A DNA stretch of 64,000 nt from contig LKMN01000001.1 of NCBI GenBank assembly GCA_001563875.1, positions 68,811-132,810 on the forward strand, in the 5' to 3' direction. Shown here piece by piece: positions 18,148-27,754 of this stretch (position 1 is the first letter of the stretch; every line of letters begins with the position of its first letter). The position numbers were made by a program, and so were the translations under genes. The stretch is from Nanohaloarchaea archaeon B1-Br10_U2g1 (GTDB taxonomy: Archaea > Nanohalarchaeota > Nanosalinia > Nanosalinales > Nanosalinaceae). A model generated the notes under the pieces. That model was not told the origin of the DNA. It made no database searches and saw only the letters and a program-made list of their open reading frames with translations.

Positions 18148-18399
18148 CTAGCTCTCTTCTTCATCTTCAACAAGAGCTTTAATCTGAAAAGTTTTCTGAC
18201 ATTGAGGATAACCTTCACAACCCCAAAAATAGCCGTAACGCCCCTCTTTAAGCTTCATTGGCATCCCGCATTCCGGACAACCAACCTCTTTAGGCTTCTT
18301 GTCCTTGTGTTTCCTACATACTGGCTGTCCCTTAGAGTTTTTCTTTGTAGCATTCCTACCACAAAAAACACAGGGAGTCATAACGGTTTCAGAGGTCAT
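18148..18399 (-). CDS. Small protein with topoisomerase C4-type zinc finger
   Basis: CVFCG...CRKH and CPECGMPMKLKEGRYGYFWGCEGYPQC. Confidence 0.85.
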   Translation of the reverse strand: MTSETVMTPCVFCGRNATKKNSKGQPVCRKHKDKKPKEVGCPECGMPMKLKEGRYGYFWGCEGYPQCQKTFQIKALVEDEEES

Positions 18400-18559
18400 A
18401 CTCTTCCTTGAGAGGGCTAGAAATATAACGGTAAGTTATGTTTGTTAAAAAGGGCTTCAAGTCAAAACTTTGTAAGAGCGGTAAAAGCGAAAATAGTCTA
18501 TAATAGTTCTGTGAGGAACAGTTTACGTATTAAGCTTTGGAGATGTGTTATAGAAATAA

Positions 18560-19012
18560 ATGAAAGGAACCGCAGCAGAAAAAGTTATCGGAAACGAGTA
18601 CAGTATTGCCACACATTCCTTTAATCTAACAGGTCTACTAGAGGTGGAAAAGAACAATATATTCGACTACACCTTACAGTCTAGGGTTTCCGAAGAATTT
18701 CTGAACTCAAAGTCGTCAGCAAGCTCTCTAGCTTCTATAGTCAGGGCTTTAGACGATTCAAGAAGTGAAGACTATCAACACCGTTACGGTACCACATTGT
18801 GGACAGGCACAGTTGATACAGATAATAGAGAACTATGCATTGCGGCTGAATACTCAGTTAGCTCTTCCAGAGAAGATCTGCCTGAAAGATACAGATTCCA
18901 AAGAGATCTGAAGTACGGTGAAGACCCATACGATATTCTCGAAGAGCCTCTACAATTTAAAATTGAAGGAGAGCCAGATCTAGCGCCTAGAACAGTAAAA
19001 GAAACGCTTTAA
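18560..19012 (+). CDS. Hypothetical protein
   Basis: 150-aa acidic ORF filling the intergenic space. Confidence 0.6.
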   Translation: MKGTAAEKVIGNEYSIATHSFNLTGLLEVEKNNIFDYTLQSRVSEEFLNSKSSASSLASIVRALDDSRSEDYQHRYGTTLWTGTVDTDNRELCIAAEYSVSSSREDLPERYRFQRDLKYGEDPYDILEEPLQFKIEGEPDLAPRTVKETL

Positions 19013-19017
19013 ACGAA

Positions 19018-19941
19018 CTATTCTGATTTCTGGGATTTAACATACTCTGAAGCATTTAGAGCTGCCTGACAGCCTTGTCCGGCGGACACGACTAGTTGTT
19101 GAGCGCCTTTATTTGTTACATCTCCTGCAGCGTACAGACCGGTTGTAGATGTCTCTCTATTCTCATCTACTTTGATGTATCCGGAGTCGTTGGTTTCAAC
19201 AAGATTTGTGATATCCGAGTTGGGTACCGTTCCAATTTCTATGAAAGCTCCTTCAACTTCTAAATCTCTAATCTCTCCTTTGTGATTGATCTTTACTCCT
19301 TCCAAGAGATTGTCTCCATAAAACTCTTTAACAGTTGCTTCTCTCACTACTTCTACGTTTTCTGCCTCTAGAACTTCGTTTATTGTGATTTCTTCTCCTT
19401 TTAGTTTTCCTGACCTACTTAGAACGTATACTTTTTCCGCTATATCTGAAAGATATACAGCGGCTTCAGTACCGGCATATCCACCTCCTACGACAGCTAC
19501 TTCTCTTCCTTGGTACAAAGGCCCGTCACATACAGCGCAGTAAGCTACACCTTTATTCGAGAACTGTTCCTCGCCTTCAACACCTAACTTTCTGCGTGAG
19601 CCTCCTGTAGCTATTACTACGGAGTAGCTTTTGAAGACAGAGCCATCCTCAAGTTCGGTCTCGAAGACACCGTCCTCCTTTCTTATATCGACAGCTTTCT
19701 GTCCTACCTCTTCATCAACATCGTATTCGCGCATATGTTCAAGATATCTCTCCGCTAGCTCCGGCCCTGAAACGGATTTGATACCAAGATAGTTCTCTAC
19801 GACATCAGTATTGTTTATCTGTCCACCGTACTCATCAGCGATAACGAGCACGTCCATACCGCTTCTTACAGCATATATCGCAGCACTCTGTGCTGCACAA
19901 GCACCTCCAATAACTATTAGATCCTGAATCCCAGAACTCAT
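19018..19941 (-). CDS. trxB: Thioredoxin reductase
   Basis: GVAYCAVCDG, GGGYAG, GLYAAGDV. Confidence 0.93.
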   Translation of the reverse strand: MSSGIQDLIVIGGACAAQSAAIYAVRSGMDVLVIADEYGGQINNTDVVENYLGIKSVSGPELAERYLEHMREYDVDEEVGQKAVDIRKEDGVFETELEDGSVFKSYSVVIATGGSRRKLGVEGEEQFSNKGVAYCAVCDGPLYQGREVAVVGGGYAGTEAAVYLSDIAEKVYVLSRSGKLKGEEITINEVLEAENVEVVREATVKEFYGDNLLEGVKINHKGEIRDLEVEGAFIEIGTVPNSDITNLVETNDSGYIKVDENRETSTTGLYAAGDVTNKGAQQLVVSAGQGCQAALNASEYVKSQKSE

Positions 19942-20032
19942 ATACTAAGGAACATAGAACATTGGTATTCAAAAATCCAACTCACCGGGTAAGTTTAAAA
20001 CAGTAAACACACTCAACAAGATATACGTAGAA

Positions 20033-20103
20033 GCGGCATTGGTCCAGTGGCACGACGTCACGTTGCCAACGTGGAGACCCGGGTTCAAATCCCGGATGCC
20101 GCA
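20033..20103 (+). tRNA. tRNA-Gly(GCC)
   Basis: GCGGCAT...ATGCCGCA acceptor stem, anticodon loop TT GCC AA, TTCAAAT T-loop. Confidence 0.96.
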
Positions 20104-20178
20104 AAATCCGCCGACTCTAAGGTAAAACTTATTTTACGAACAGTGAGAGATTATTTTCACAGAGCGGCAGACTGTGTT

Positions 20179-21147
20179 ATGAAGGAACGTTTTTTTGGAT
20201 TGGTCGAAAAAGAACTTGGAGATGAACTTATTGCTGTAGAAGAAATTGATGAAGGCCTCAATACAGTGTACAGGCTGGAATCTGAAGATAAAGAGTATAT
20301 CGTTAAGGTCCACACTAACGAACAGAACGAAATAACATGGTTTAAAGCCGAGCCCAGAATATATGAACTGATTTCTGATAACGAAGACGTCCCTTCCCCC
20401 GAAATCATCTTTAAGGATTTCTCTGAAGAGAGGTACGAAGACTCTTTTTACGTAATGGAAAGATTGCCTGGACGAAACCCTGATAAGATAAAACATGATC
20501 TTTCTAAGAAAGAACTTCTTAATATTGTCCGCAGATACGGTCAGATACTAGGTAAGATCCATAATATAACCTCTTTCGACAACTACGGAATGCTTTCTGG
20601 TGAAGGCGACAGCCTTCAAACTATCAACGATGCTGAGAAATGGACTTGGTCTCTTAAAGGAACAATTGATGCATGGGCAGATATTGTGAAAGATAAGTGG
20701 GATGAACCGGTGAAGATAGATACTCCTGAGACAGAGATAAGGGAAAGACTGCCTGAAGAACCAGATTCTGTACTTATACACTCTGATAACCGTTTAGACA
20801 ATCTGCTTGTTGATGAAGAAACTATCACGGGTTTTCTAGACTGGAGTCATCCAAGGACCGGTCATAACGAATATGACTTGGTAAGAGCAGAGTATCTATT
20901 GATAGACTGGGATTTAGATTTCAAAGATGATCAGTTAAAAGAAGTATTGAGAGAAAGGCTTTACCAGGGTTACAAAGAATTCAACTCGCTCAAAGAAGAT
21001 TTTGATGATAGAAGAGAGGTCTATAGATTCGCTACTACGGCTTGGCTTGCAGCAGGATTCGCTAATTGGGGATCAAAACTTAATGAAAAAGAACACAGAG
21101 AAATGAGAGAAGAGATAATAAAGAGAATTAGAGAAGAGTCTCTGTAA
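20179..21147 (+). CDS. Aminoglycoside phosphotransferase/choline kinase-family protein
   Basis: YIVKV, YVMERLPG, LIHSDNRLDNLL, GFLDW. Start moved downstream of the tRNA. Confidence 0.88.
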   Translation: MKERFFGLVEKELGDELIAVEEIDEGLNTVYRLESEDKEYIVKVHTNEQNEITWFKAEPRIYELISDNEDVPSPEIIFKDFSEERYEDSFYVMERLPGRNPDKIKHDLSKKELLNIVRRYGQILGKIHNITSFDNYGMLSGEGDSLQTINDAEKWTWSLKGTIDAWADIVKDKWDEPVKIDTPETEIRERLPEEPDSVLIHSDNRLDNLLVDEETITGFLDWSHPRTGHNEYDLVRAEYLLIDWDLDFKDDQLKEVLRERLYQGYKEFNSLKEDFDDRREVYRFATTAWLAAGFANWGSKLNEKEHREMREEIIKRIREESL

Positions 21148-21203
21148 ACCGGTTAGTCGCACAGGCTGATATCTGTTTAAGTCCTCATTGTTAATATCCA
21201 GTT

Positions 21204-21695
21204 ATGGAGACAGCGGTTTTTGGTGGAGGATGTTTCTGGTGTACTGAAGCAGTTTTCCAAAGGGTTGAAGGTGTTGAGAAGGTTGTATCAGGTTATGCCG
21301 GAGGGGATACTGATAACCCGAGCTATGACGAGGTGAAGAAAGGACTTACAGGTCATGCTGAAGTAGTCCAGATAAGTTTTGATCCGGAAAAAGTTAGCTA
21401 CTCTAAACTTCTGGATATCTTCTTCGATATCCATGATCCTACACAGCTTAACAGACAGGGTCCTGATACAGGCAGTCAGTACAGATCAATTATCTTGTAT
21501 CGTAACGAACAACAGAAGTGTCAGGCTGAAAAGGCTGTCGAGAGGGTGGAAAAGGATATCCAGAAAACTGTGGTTACAGAGGTTGAAGCTCTTAAAGATT
21601 TCTACTCTGCTGAGGAGTATCATCAAGACTTCTACAGTAAGAATCCGGAACATCCTTACTGTAGAATTAATATTGAGCCCAAGCTTGAGAAGTAG
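21204..21695 (+). CDS. msrA: Peptide methionine sulfoxide reductase A
   Basis: GGGCFWCTE, GHAEVV, QYRS, AEEYHQ. Confidence 0.97.
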   Translation: METAVFGGGCFWCTEAVFQRVEGVEKVVSGYAGGDTDNPSYDEVKKGLTGHAEVVQISFDPEKVSYSKLLDIFFDIHDPTQLNRQGPDTGSQYRSIILYRNEQQKCQAEKAVERVEKDIQKTVVTEVEALKDFYSAEEYHQDFYSKNPEHPYCRINIEPKLEK

Positions 21696-21754
21696 GGTTT
21701 CAGAAAGGTTCCTGTTTGTAAGGTTATAAAGAAATTCTGTTACAAGTTTCGGAT

Positions 21755-23410
21755 ATGAAGCTTGAAGAGGTCGCAAGAAAGTATGCTTTAAAGAACGCTG
21801 TGGAGTACGGCGGTGAATCAAACCCGGGAGCAGTTATAGGTAAGGTGATAAACGAGACAGGGGAAGCGCCTGACAAGGTAGGTAAAATCGCTGGAAAAAT
21901 CTGCGGCGAAGTGAATCAGCTTTCATTAGAGGATCAGGAAGAAGAGCTTGAAAACTACGAGTTTGAGGAAGAAGAACATGAACACGACCCTTTACCGGAT
22001 CTAAAGAATGCGGAGGATGGTGAAGTTGTTGTACGTTTTGCACCGAATCCGAACGGACCGCCACATATAGGTTCAGCAAGAGGAATGTTCGTTAACGGAG
22101 AACTGAAGAATAAGTATGACGGTAAACTGGTTTTACGTTTCGATGACACTGATCCAAGGAACAAACGGCCTCTACCTGAAGCATATGATATGTATCAGGA
22201 GGATTATGAATGGATGGGCTACGAGGTTGATGAGGTTGTACGTAGCTCAGAACAGTTCGACAAGTATATCGAACATGCTGAACAGCTGATTGAAATAGGT
22301 AAAGCCTATGTCTCCAAGACCTCTCCTGAAGAGATGCAGAAGCACAGAAAAGAAGGAACAGCGTCAGAATACAGGAAACAGAGTCCTGAGGAGAACATGG
22401 AACTCTGGGAACAGATGAAGAATGGAGGAATAGAAGAAGGAGAGGCAGTACTGAAAATTAAGACAGATCTTGACCATAAGAATCCGGCTGTAAGAGACTT
22501 TGTAGCATTCCGTATAATAGAGAATCCTGATCATCCGATAACAGGAGACAAGTACCGTGTATGGCCATTACTTGACTTCGCAGGGGCTATAGAGGACCAT
22601 TATACAGAGACTACGCATATTGTAAGAGGAAAAGATCTACGTGCCTCTACTAAAAGACAGAAATACATCTACAACTACCTAGACTGGGAGTATCCTGAGG
22701 TACGTTACTGGGGAACCATTAAAGTATCAGGCTTTGACGCTCCTATGAGCACTTCAACTCTGGGCGAGATGATTGATAACGGCGAACTTAACGGCTGGGA
22801 CGACCCACGCGTCGGAACGGTTAGAGCGTTGAGACGTAGAGGTTTTCAGCCAGACGCCTTGAAAGAGTTCTTCCTGGAGATGGGTGTTACCGAAAACACT
22901 GTTGAGGCAAGTCTTGAAACACTGGAATCATACAACCGGGATATAGTCGAGGATTCTGACCGCTACTTCTACGTAAGAGATCCTGTGAAACTTGAGATAG
23001 GGAATATCCCAGAAGATCTTGAGCCAGAGATTGATAGACATCCTGATTATCCTGAAAGAGGTGTGAGGAAACCTGGTCTAAAACGTGAAGACGGTAAAAC
23101 AGTTGTGTACGTTGAATCGGATGACCTAGAAGACGGTTTCATGAGACTGAAAGGTTTATGCAACGTCAAGGTAGAGGATGGAGAAGCAACGTATATTGAG
23201 GGAGATCACAAAGTAGCTATCGAAAAGGACGCGGATATAGTTCACTGGGTGTCAGAACATGACGAAGCCAGAGTCTTGATGCCTGATGGGAAGGAGTACG
23301 AAGGTTATGTTGAGCCTTTCGATGTGGAAGAAGGCGATATTGTCCAGTTTGAGCGTTTCGGTTTCACACGGTGTGAATCTGGAGACTTGTTTGTCTATAC
23401 ACATGAGTAA
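21755..23410 (+). CDS. gltX: Glutamyl-tRNA synthetase (archaeal type)
   Basis: RFAPNPNGPPHIG, RFDDTDP, THIVRGKD, MSTS, QFERFGF. Confidence 0.97.
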   Translation: MKLEEVARKYALKNAVEYGGESNPGAVIGKVINETGEAPDKVGKIAGKICGEVNQLSLEDQEEELENYEFEEEEHEHDPLPDLKNAEDGEVVVRFAPNPNGPPHIGSARGMFVNGELKNKYDGKLVLRFDDTDPRNKRPLPEAYDMYQEDYEWMGYEVDEVVRSSEQFDKYIEHAEQLIEIGKAYVSKTSPEEMQKHRKEGTASEYRKQSPEENMELWEQMKNGGIEEGEAVLKIKTDLDHKNPAVRDFVAFRIIENPDHPITGDKYRVWPLLDFAGAIEDHYTETTHIVRGKDLRASTKRQKYIYNYLDWEYPEVRYWGTIKVSGFDAPMSTSTLGEMIDNGELNGWDDPRVGTVRALRRRGFQPDALKEFFLEMGVTENTVEASLETLESYNRDIVEDSDRYFYVRDPVKLEIGNIPEDLEPEIDRHPDYPERGVRKPGLKREDGKTVVYVESDDLEDGFMRLKGLCNVKVEDGEATYIEGDHKVAIEKDADIVHWVSEHDEARVLMPDGKEYEGYVEPFDVEEGDIVQFERFGFTRCESGDLFVYTHE

Positions 23411-23411
23411 C

Positions 23412-23798
23412 TTAGAGGGTGGTGACCTCTACTTTGTCACCGTCTTCTAAACCCAGTTTCTCTCTTAACTTTATAGGCGCTATAATCTCTACTACGTTGT
23501 CTTCATAGTCTGTAACATCTATATCTATGTAGTATGCGTTAAAGCCTTCTATTTTTACAGGGTATAGGTCTAGTCCGCTGTAGCCGGTATTGTTCTTTCT
23601 AAATCCAGGAATTCTTGCTTTTTCAGTTGTTTCTGCAAGTTTCTGAGTCTTTTTATCGTCTACGTTGAGGTTCAGTGTTCCTGGGAACGGTCTGAAACCG
23701 GTTTTATCTTTAATTCTTTCTTGATACTCTTCCATGGAGAGATATTCCTTTGCAACCTCCATTCCCGAGAAAAGTCTCCCTTCTAGCCTCACTGTCAT
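23412..23798 (-). CDS. ribK: CTP-dependent riboflavin kinase
   Basis: SGM, GFRPFPGTLN, VEIIAPIKLREKLGLEDGD. Confidence 0.88.
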   Translation of the reverse strand: MTVRLEGRLFSGMEVAKEYLSMEEYQERIKDKTGFRPFPGTLNLNVDDKKTQKLAETTEKARIPGFRKNNTGYSGLDLYPVKIEGFNAYYIDIDVTDYEDNVVEIIAPIKLREKLGLEDGDKVEVTTL

Positions 23799-23837
23799 TC
23801 TATACTCAGAGTGAGAATTTTAATTATAGTGTTTTAA

Positions 23838-24191
23838 TCACGGATCCTGTCCCTTGAAGTCGTCTATCTCGTAGTTTTCTCTCAACAGTTTTTCAACTTT
23901 CTCTAGCCGGTTCATGTCAACCTCTTTGGGCAGATAACGGTTTGGCGAACTAGACTCGGTTCTCACCTTTACAATATCTAGTTCATTTAAGATGCTTAGA
24001 GATGATCCTGCTGCCGGTATGCTCAAGGGAAAGTTTTCTGAGATCTTGTTGGCTGTAAAGGACATATTTTTCTTGACTGTATAATATCTTACAGCGGACT
24101 TCACCAGATAGAAATTGTTGGTGAATACTTTGAACTTTCTAGGATATACGTCCTTAAGCTTTACAGTATCCTGTTTCAGTTTCTCATCCAT
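23838..24191 (-). CDS. Hypothetical protein, probable winged HTH
   Basis: FTANKISENF...AGSSLSILNELDIV...PNRY pattern. Confidence 0.65.
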   Translation of the reverse strand: MDEKLKQDTVKLKDVYPRKFKVFTNNFYLVKSAVRYYTVKKNMSFTANKISENFPLSIPAAGSSLSILNELDIVKVRTESSSPNRYLPKEVDMNRLEKVEKLLRENYEIDDFKGQDP

Positions 24192-24483
24192 CTATACAAC
24201 TTCATTTTACAACCTAACATAGATAAAGATCAGAGATGTTTGTTTTTGAGAAAAATCTGGTATAAAAATAAGAAGTAAAAAGATAAGTTCTGGTAGGTGT
24301 AGAGGTTTTTAGGCTGGTTCTTCTTTTTTCTTTGGTGTTTATTTTATTTTAGTTTTGTTCTCAACGGTTTTGCCGTTTTTTATGGAACTTTTTGTAGTTT
24401 TTTATGTTTCTTTGTTATTTTTCGAGGTATTGGATGGTTGTATCAGGGTTTTAATCTGATGTGAAGTGTTTCTCCTCTTTTTT

Positions 24484-24720
24484 GGAGGAGTTGAGAATTA
24501 TTTTGTTTCGGTCAAGTCCTTGACGTCAAACCCGCTTAGTTGCGGGTTAAATCAGGGGATCCTGACCTACTCCTTCATTATCCTGCAATATTGTGCAGGA
24601 TAAAGCTATATGAGTTATAGAAGTAGCTCACTTCGTCCTTAGACTTCTTGGACTGATTCGTAAATGCGCCGGGACGTGTGTGAGCCATTCGCATATACCT
24701 TACTTGTAGCGACGCATTTA
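24484..24720 (+). ncRNA. Putative highly structured non-coding RNA of unknown class
   Basis: At least seven consecutive hairpins; G-U pairs favour the plus strand; TATA-like TTTTAAT at about 24449. Confidence 0.6.
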
Positions 24721-24860
24721 AAAAAGTTTCTGAGAATGGTAAATAGTTTTTCTCTTATTAGTATCATGGCGATAAGCACCCTATATTGAGGAGATATTTC
24801 TAGAAACTGTTGCCAAACAAAGCGCTTTATATTAAAAGCTGGCCGCTTAACACGATACTC

Positions 24861-25121
24861 ATGGTACAGTTTGAGACAATTGAGAGAGAACGTAAAGACT
24901 ACGGAAACTTTCCTGGAGAGAAGTTTATCGAGGTAAGCAGAAACAAAGTAATCAAAGACAACGGTGATGAGAATACTTTCTTGCAGGTTGCGACAGGTTA
25001 CTACAACAACGATGAAGAACCTCAGTACAAGAAACGTTTTACGGTCCCTACGGATGAGAAAGCAGTAGACCACGTAGTTGAAGAACTGCCAAAGATGTTT
25101 GAAAAAGAAGTCTCAGAGTAA
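24861..25121 (+). CDS. Small protein, possible PC4/Whirly-like nucleic-acid-binding fold
   Basis: MVQFETIE...FIEVSRNK...FLQVATGYY...KKRFTVP followed by a C-terminal helix. TTTATATTAA promoter about 35 nt upstream. Confidence 0.7.
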   Translation: MVQFETIERERKDYGNFPGEKFIEVSRNKVIKDNGDENTFLQVATGYYNNDEEPQYKKRFTVPTDEKAVDHVVEELPKMFEKEVSE

Positions 25122-25154
25122 TCTGACTCTATACTGTTCCGTCATTTATTTTCT

Positions 25155-25910
25155 TTATTGGGTTCTACATCTTGCTAGGAATTTAACGAAAACCAGCCAT
25201 GAGAGAGCTGCCAAAACAAAGCTGTATACAGAGAAAACATGGCTGGATATTTCCGAGTAAACTGTTGAAGTTATAAGAACTAATAGGCCAACAGCTGTAA
25301 GGTATTTTAGAAAAAATCTCTGATACCTAGTGTTCTCAGGTCGAGCATTAGTTATCAGATTCCCTCTTACTTTCAGATCTGAGTAAGGATGAAGCCATTT
25401 GACGCCTGACCTAGTACAGCTGTCCTGAACAAGGTGAAGAAATGCACCAAGTAAATATCCTGACAGGAATATACTCAGAAAGTGTATAGAGAAGAGATCA
25501 AAGAAGATTAGGAAAGGCGTAATATATATACCAGTAACCAGTGTTGAAGTAGATATACCGAGTATAGAATGCATAAAACCTCTATGTTTCATCTTTAAAC
25601 TATTTTCTGAAAAAATAAGTGTGTTGAAGACTATTACTGAAGGTTTGTAGATACAGTACTTTGTTAAATAACCGAATAAAGGGAAAATCAATGCAAAAGT
25701 GTTTAAGGCTGATAGAGGACCGCTATTTCGGAACTCTTTAACCTCTGTATGGAATATAACGGCGTCACGACTATCAATATCTGGTATTAAAGATCCTATA
25801 ATACATCCTGCTATTGAAATTAGTACAGCTTCTGGAAAAATACTAAATAAAGGTATTATTACCATTAGGAACGTTAAAGTAGAAAGTAGAAGGTGATGGC
25901 GCCCTAACAT
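25155..25910 (-). CDS. Membrane-bound metal-dependent hydrolase (YdjM/DUF457-like)
   Basis: GRHH, GSLIPDID, HRGFMHS, HLVQDSCT..GV.WLHP. Confidence 0.88.
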   Translation of the reverse strand: MLGRHHLLLSTLTFLMVIIPLFSIFPEAVLISIAGCIIGSLIPDIDSRDAVIFHTEVKEFRNSGPLSALNTFALIFPLFGYLTKYCIYKPSVIVFNTLIFSENSLKMKHRGFMHSILGISTSTLVTGIYITPFLIFFDLFSIHFLSIFLSGYLLGAFLHLVQDSCTRSGVKWLHPYSDLKVRGNLITNARPENTRYQRFFLKYLTAVGLLVLITSTVYSEISSHVFSVYSFVLAALSWLVFVKFLARCRTQ

Positions 25911-26030
25911 ACTAAAGCTTGCCGTGGCGCTGGCTTATAAAATCGAGACGGTTTCTAAGCTGTAGCTTAACCATGTTTGAAACTGGTGAGAAGGGACAAA
26001 TTAATATTAACTAAGGAAAATTTTCTGAAT

Positions 26031-26942
26031 ATGAGACTAAACAACGCGGTAATCTTCATGGCTATTCTGGCTTTTTCAATAAACTCGGTAGCAGCTTCGG
26101 ACATGTGCGAGGAAAGGATAACGGAGCTTGAGATGGATTTAGAACATAGTTTAGCTGAGGCAGAGTCCCAGGAAGAACAGGAGGAGATAACTGACGAGTA
26201 CGAGATGATGATAAATCAAGTAGAGGAAGAATGCGGGGCACAGGATGATAGCTCTGATACTGTAGAGGAGGTTAGAGATGATATAGATCACGAAGATCAT
26301 CAGGCTTCAACCTCTCTAAGCTTTGAAGAGAGAAAGGAGGAGGTTCTTGAGAGTCTGAATGAGTCCGGCGATTATCTGTATGAGGAGATGCATGAAGAAT
26401 GTGGGGAGCTTGGAAGATCTCCTGAAGAGTATATGGAGAGGGTAGAAAATGCTGAGGATGAGCGCGAACTGGAAGAGGTAATGGGTCAGATGGATGAAGT
26501 AGGTCTAGCTGTACAGGACTGTATTAGACAGTTAGGAGATCATGAAGATTCTGACCAACCCTCTTTCGAAGAAGCCGTTGAAGATGATATTTCGGATCAA
26601 GACTCACCTAATCATGAAGAAGTAACTCCTGAAGACCTTGAAGATATTGAAAAATCCTTCACGGGCCTTAAAGAAGAGCTGGAGAGAAAGAATGAAAGGA
26701 TTGAAGATCTAGAGCAAAGAGTCGAAGAGCTTGAAAATCAGTTGCAGGGAACTAGCCAAGAAACAGATGAACAACAAGAATCTATAGAAGACTCTCTAGA
26801 GAAACAGAGCTCCACGGGCACTGATGAAGAGGTAGATGATAGGAATCAAAGCAGTGAACAAGATGGCCTAGATGCTGAGCCTACAGAAAATAGGTCTCAG
26901 GCGGAAGGACTAGCTAGAAACCTTGCCAACAGGCTGTTTTAG
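26031..26942 (+). CDS. Secreted, very acidic coiled-coil protein
   Basis: Signal peptide MRLNNAVIFMAILAFSINSVAA, four Cys (possibly two pairs), coiled coil ELERKNERIEDLEQRVEELENQL. Confidence 0.8.
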   Translation: MRLNNAVIFMAILAFSINSVAASDMCEERITELEMDLEHSLAEAESQEEQEEITDEYEMMINQVEEECGAQDDSSDTVEEVRDDIDHEDHQASTSLSFEERKEEVLESLNESGDYLYEEMHEECGELGRSPEEYMERVENAEDERELEEVMGQMDEVGLAVQDCIRQLGDHEDSDQPSFEEAVEDDISDQDSPNHEEVTPEDLEDIEKSFTGLKEELERKNERIEDLEQRVEELENQLQGTSQETDEQQESIEDSLEKQSSTGTDEEVDDRNQSSEQDGLDAEPTENRSQAEGLARNLANRLF

Positions 26943-27039
26943 AGGTCTTTACAAAATCTTATTTTCTTCTTTAATTCGCAGTATTAAAACTTAAAGTAAG
27001 ATTTACCAAAAATAGAAACAGCTTTATAGAGGTTTCAAC

Positions 27040-27735
27040 TTGAACTACCAGCTAAGAAATCTTTATCCAGATAATTTCTACATAAATGCTCTAGAAATCC
27101 TAGAGTCTGTCTCTCAGAAGGACTATCCTCCGCTTTATCACAGGATGTCTGTAAAGGCCGTGAGAGGTTTTTATGGTATCAACAGGCGCAATAGACCTAA
27201 TCCTTACAGGCTGGTGTACCTAGAGCCCGGCTCTGTTTCGCTTGTACAAACAGGTGGTAGGGAGGATCACTATACCAGCAGAGGAAGGTTCAATAAGCAT
27301 GAGCCCGGGCTTAGAGGAGGGAAATGGCACGAACAGACTATGCGTCTTGAAAATTCGCAGTTATATACAGGTCTAATACAGAGGTTTAAAGAGGGTTTAA
27401 ACTGGGAGGACACAGCTCTTCACCCAGATAGATATGAAGCAACACATCGGAACCTACCTTCAAGATATGAGGAATATAGCTTAGAAGAATTTTTAGAACG
27501 TGGAGAGCATATTGATAGGTTATACCAGTCTATTAGAGACTATGGATACAGAAATTACGTTGAGAGAAGAGATAGTTTCTGGGACGAGCTTGCTATCAAC
27601 ATAGGTCCGGGAGGAGAGCTTATCCGGAATTCAAGCGGTTTGCACAGGCTGATAATCTCAAAGATGGTGGGTGTAGAAGAGATTCCTGTTAGAGTTCTCG
27701 TTGTTCATCCCAGATTTATTGAGAGTCGCCTCTAG
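27040..27735 (+). CDS. Hypothetical protein with ParB/Srx-like C-terminal motif
   Basis: LYQSIRDYGY...GLHRLIISKMVGVEEIPVRV. Start uncertain. Confidence 0.65.
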   Translation: MNYQLRNLYPDNFYINALEILESVSQKDYPPLYHRMSVKAVRGFYGINRRNRPNPYRLVYLEPGSVSLVQTGGREDHYTSRGRFNKHEPGLRGGKWHEQTMRLENSQLYTGLIQRFKEGLNWEDTALHPDRYEATHRNLPSRYEEYSLEEFLERGEHIDRLYQSIRDYGYRNYVERRDSFWDELAINIGPGGELIRNSSGLHRLIISKMVGVEEIPVRVLVVHPRFIESRL

Positions 27736-27754
27736 TTGTCGATCAGTACAGATC

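Noticed and set aside
20047-20178. N-terminal extension of the phosphotransferase ORF
   Set aside because: It runs through tRNA-Gly; the likely start is ATG 20179.
24484-24720. SRP RNA, RNase P RNA or 5S rRNA
   Set aside because: No SRP helix-8 motif, no RNase P conserved-region sequences and no 5S signature recognised by eye.
24639-25073. 144-aa minus-strand ORF
   Set aside because: It overlaps the better plus-strand gene and the hairpin cluster, and its composition is atypical.
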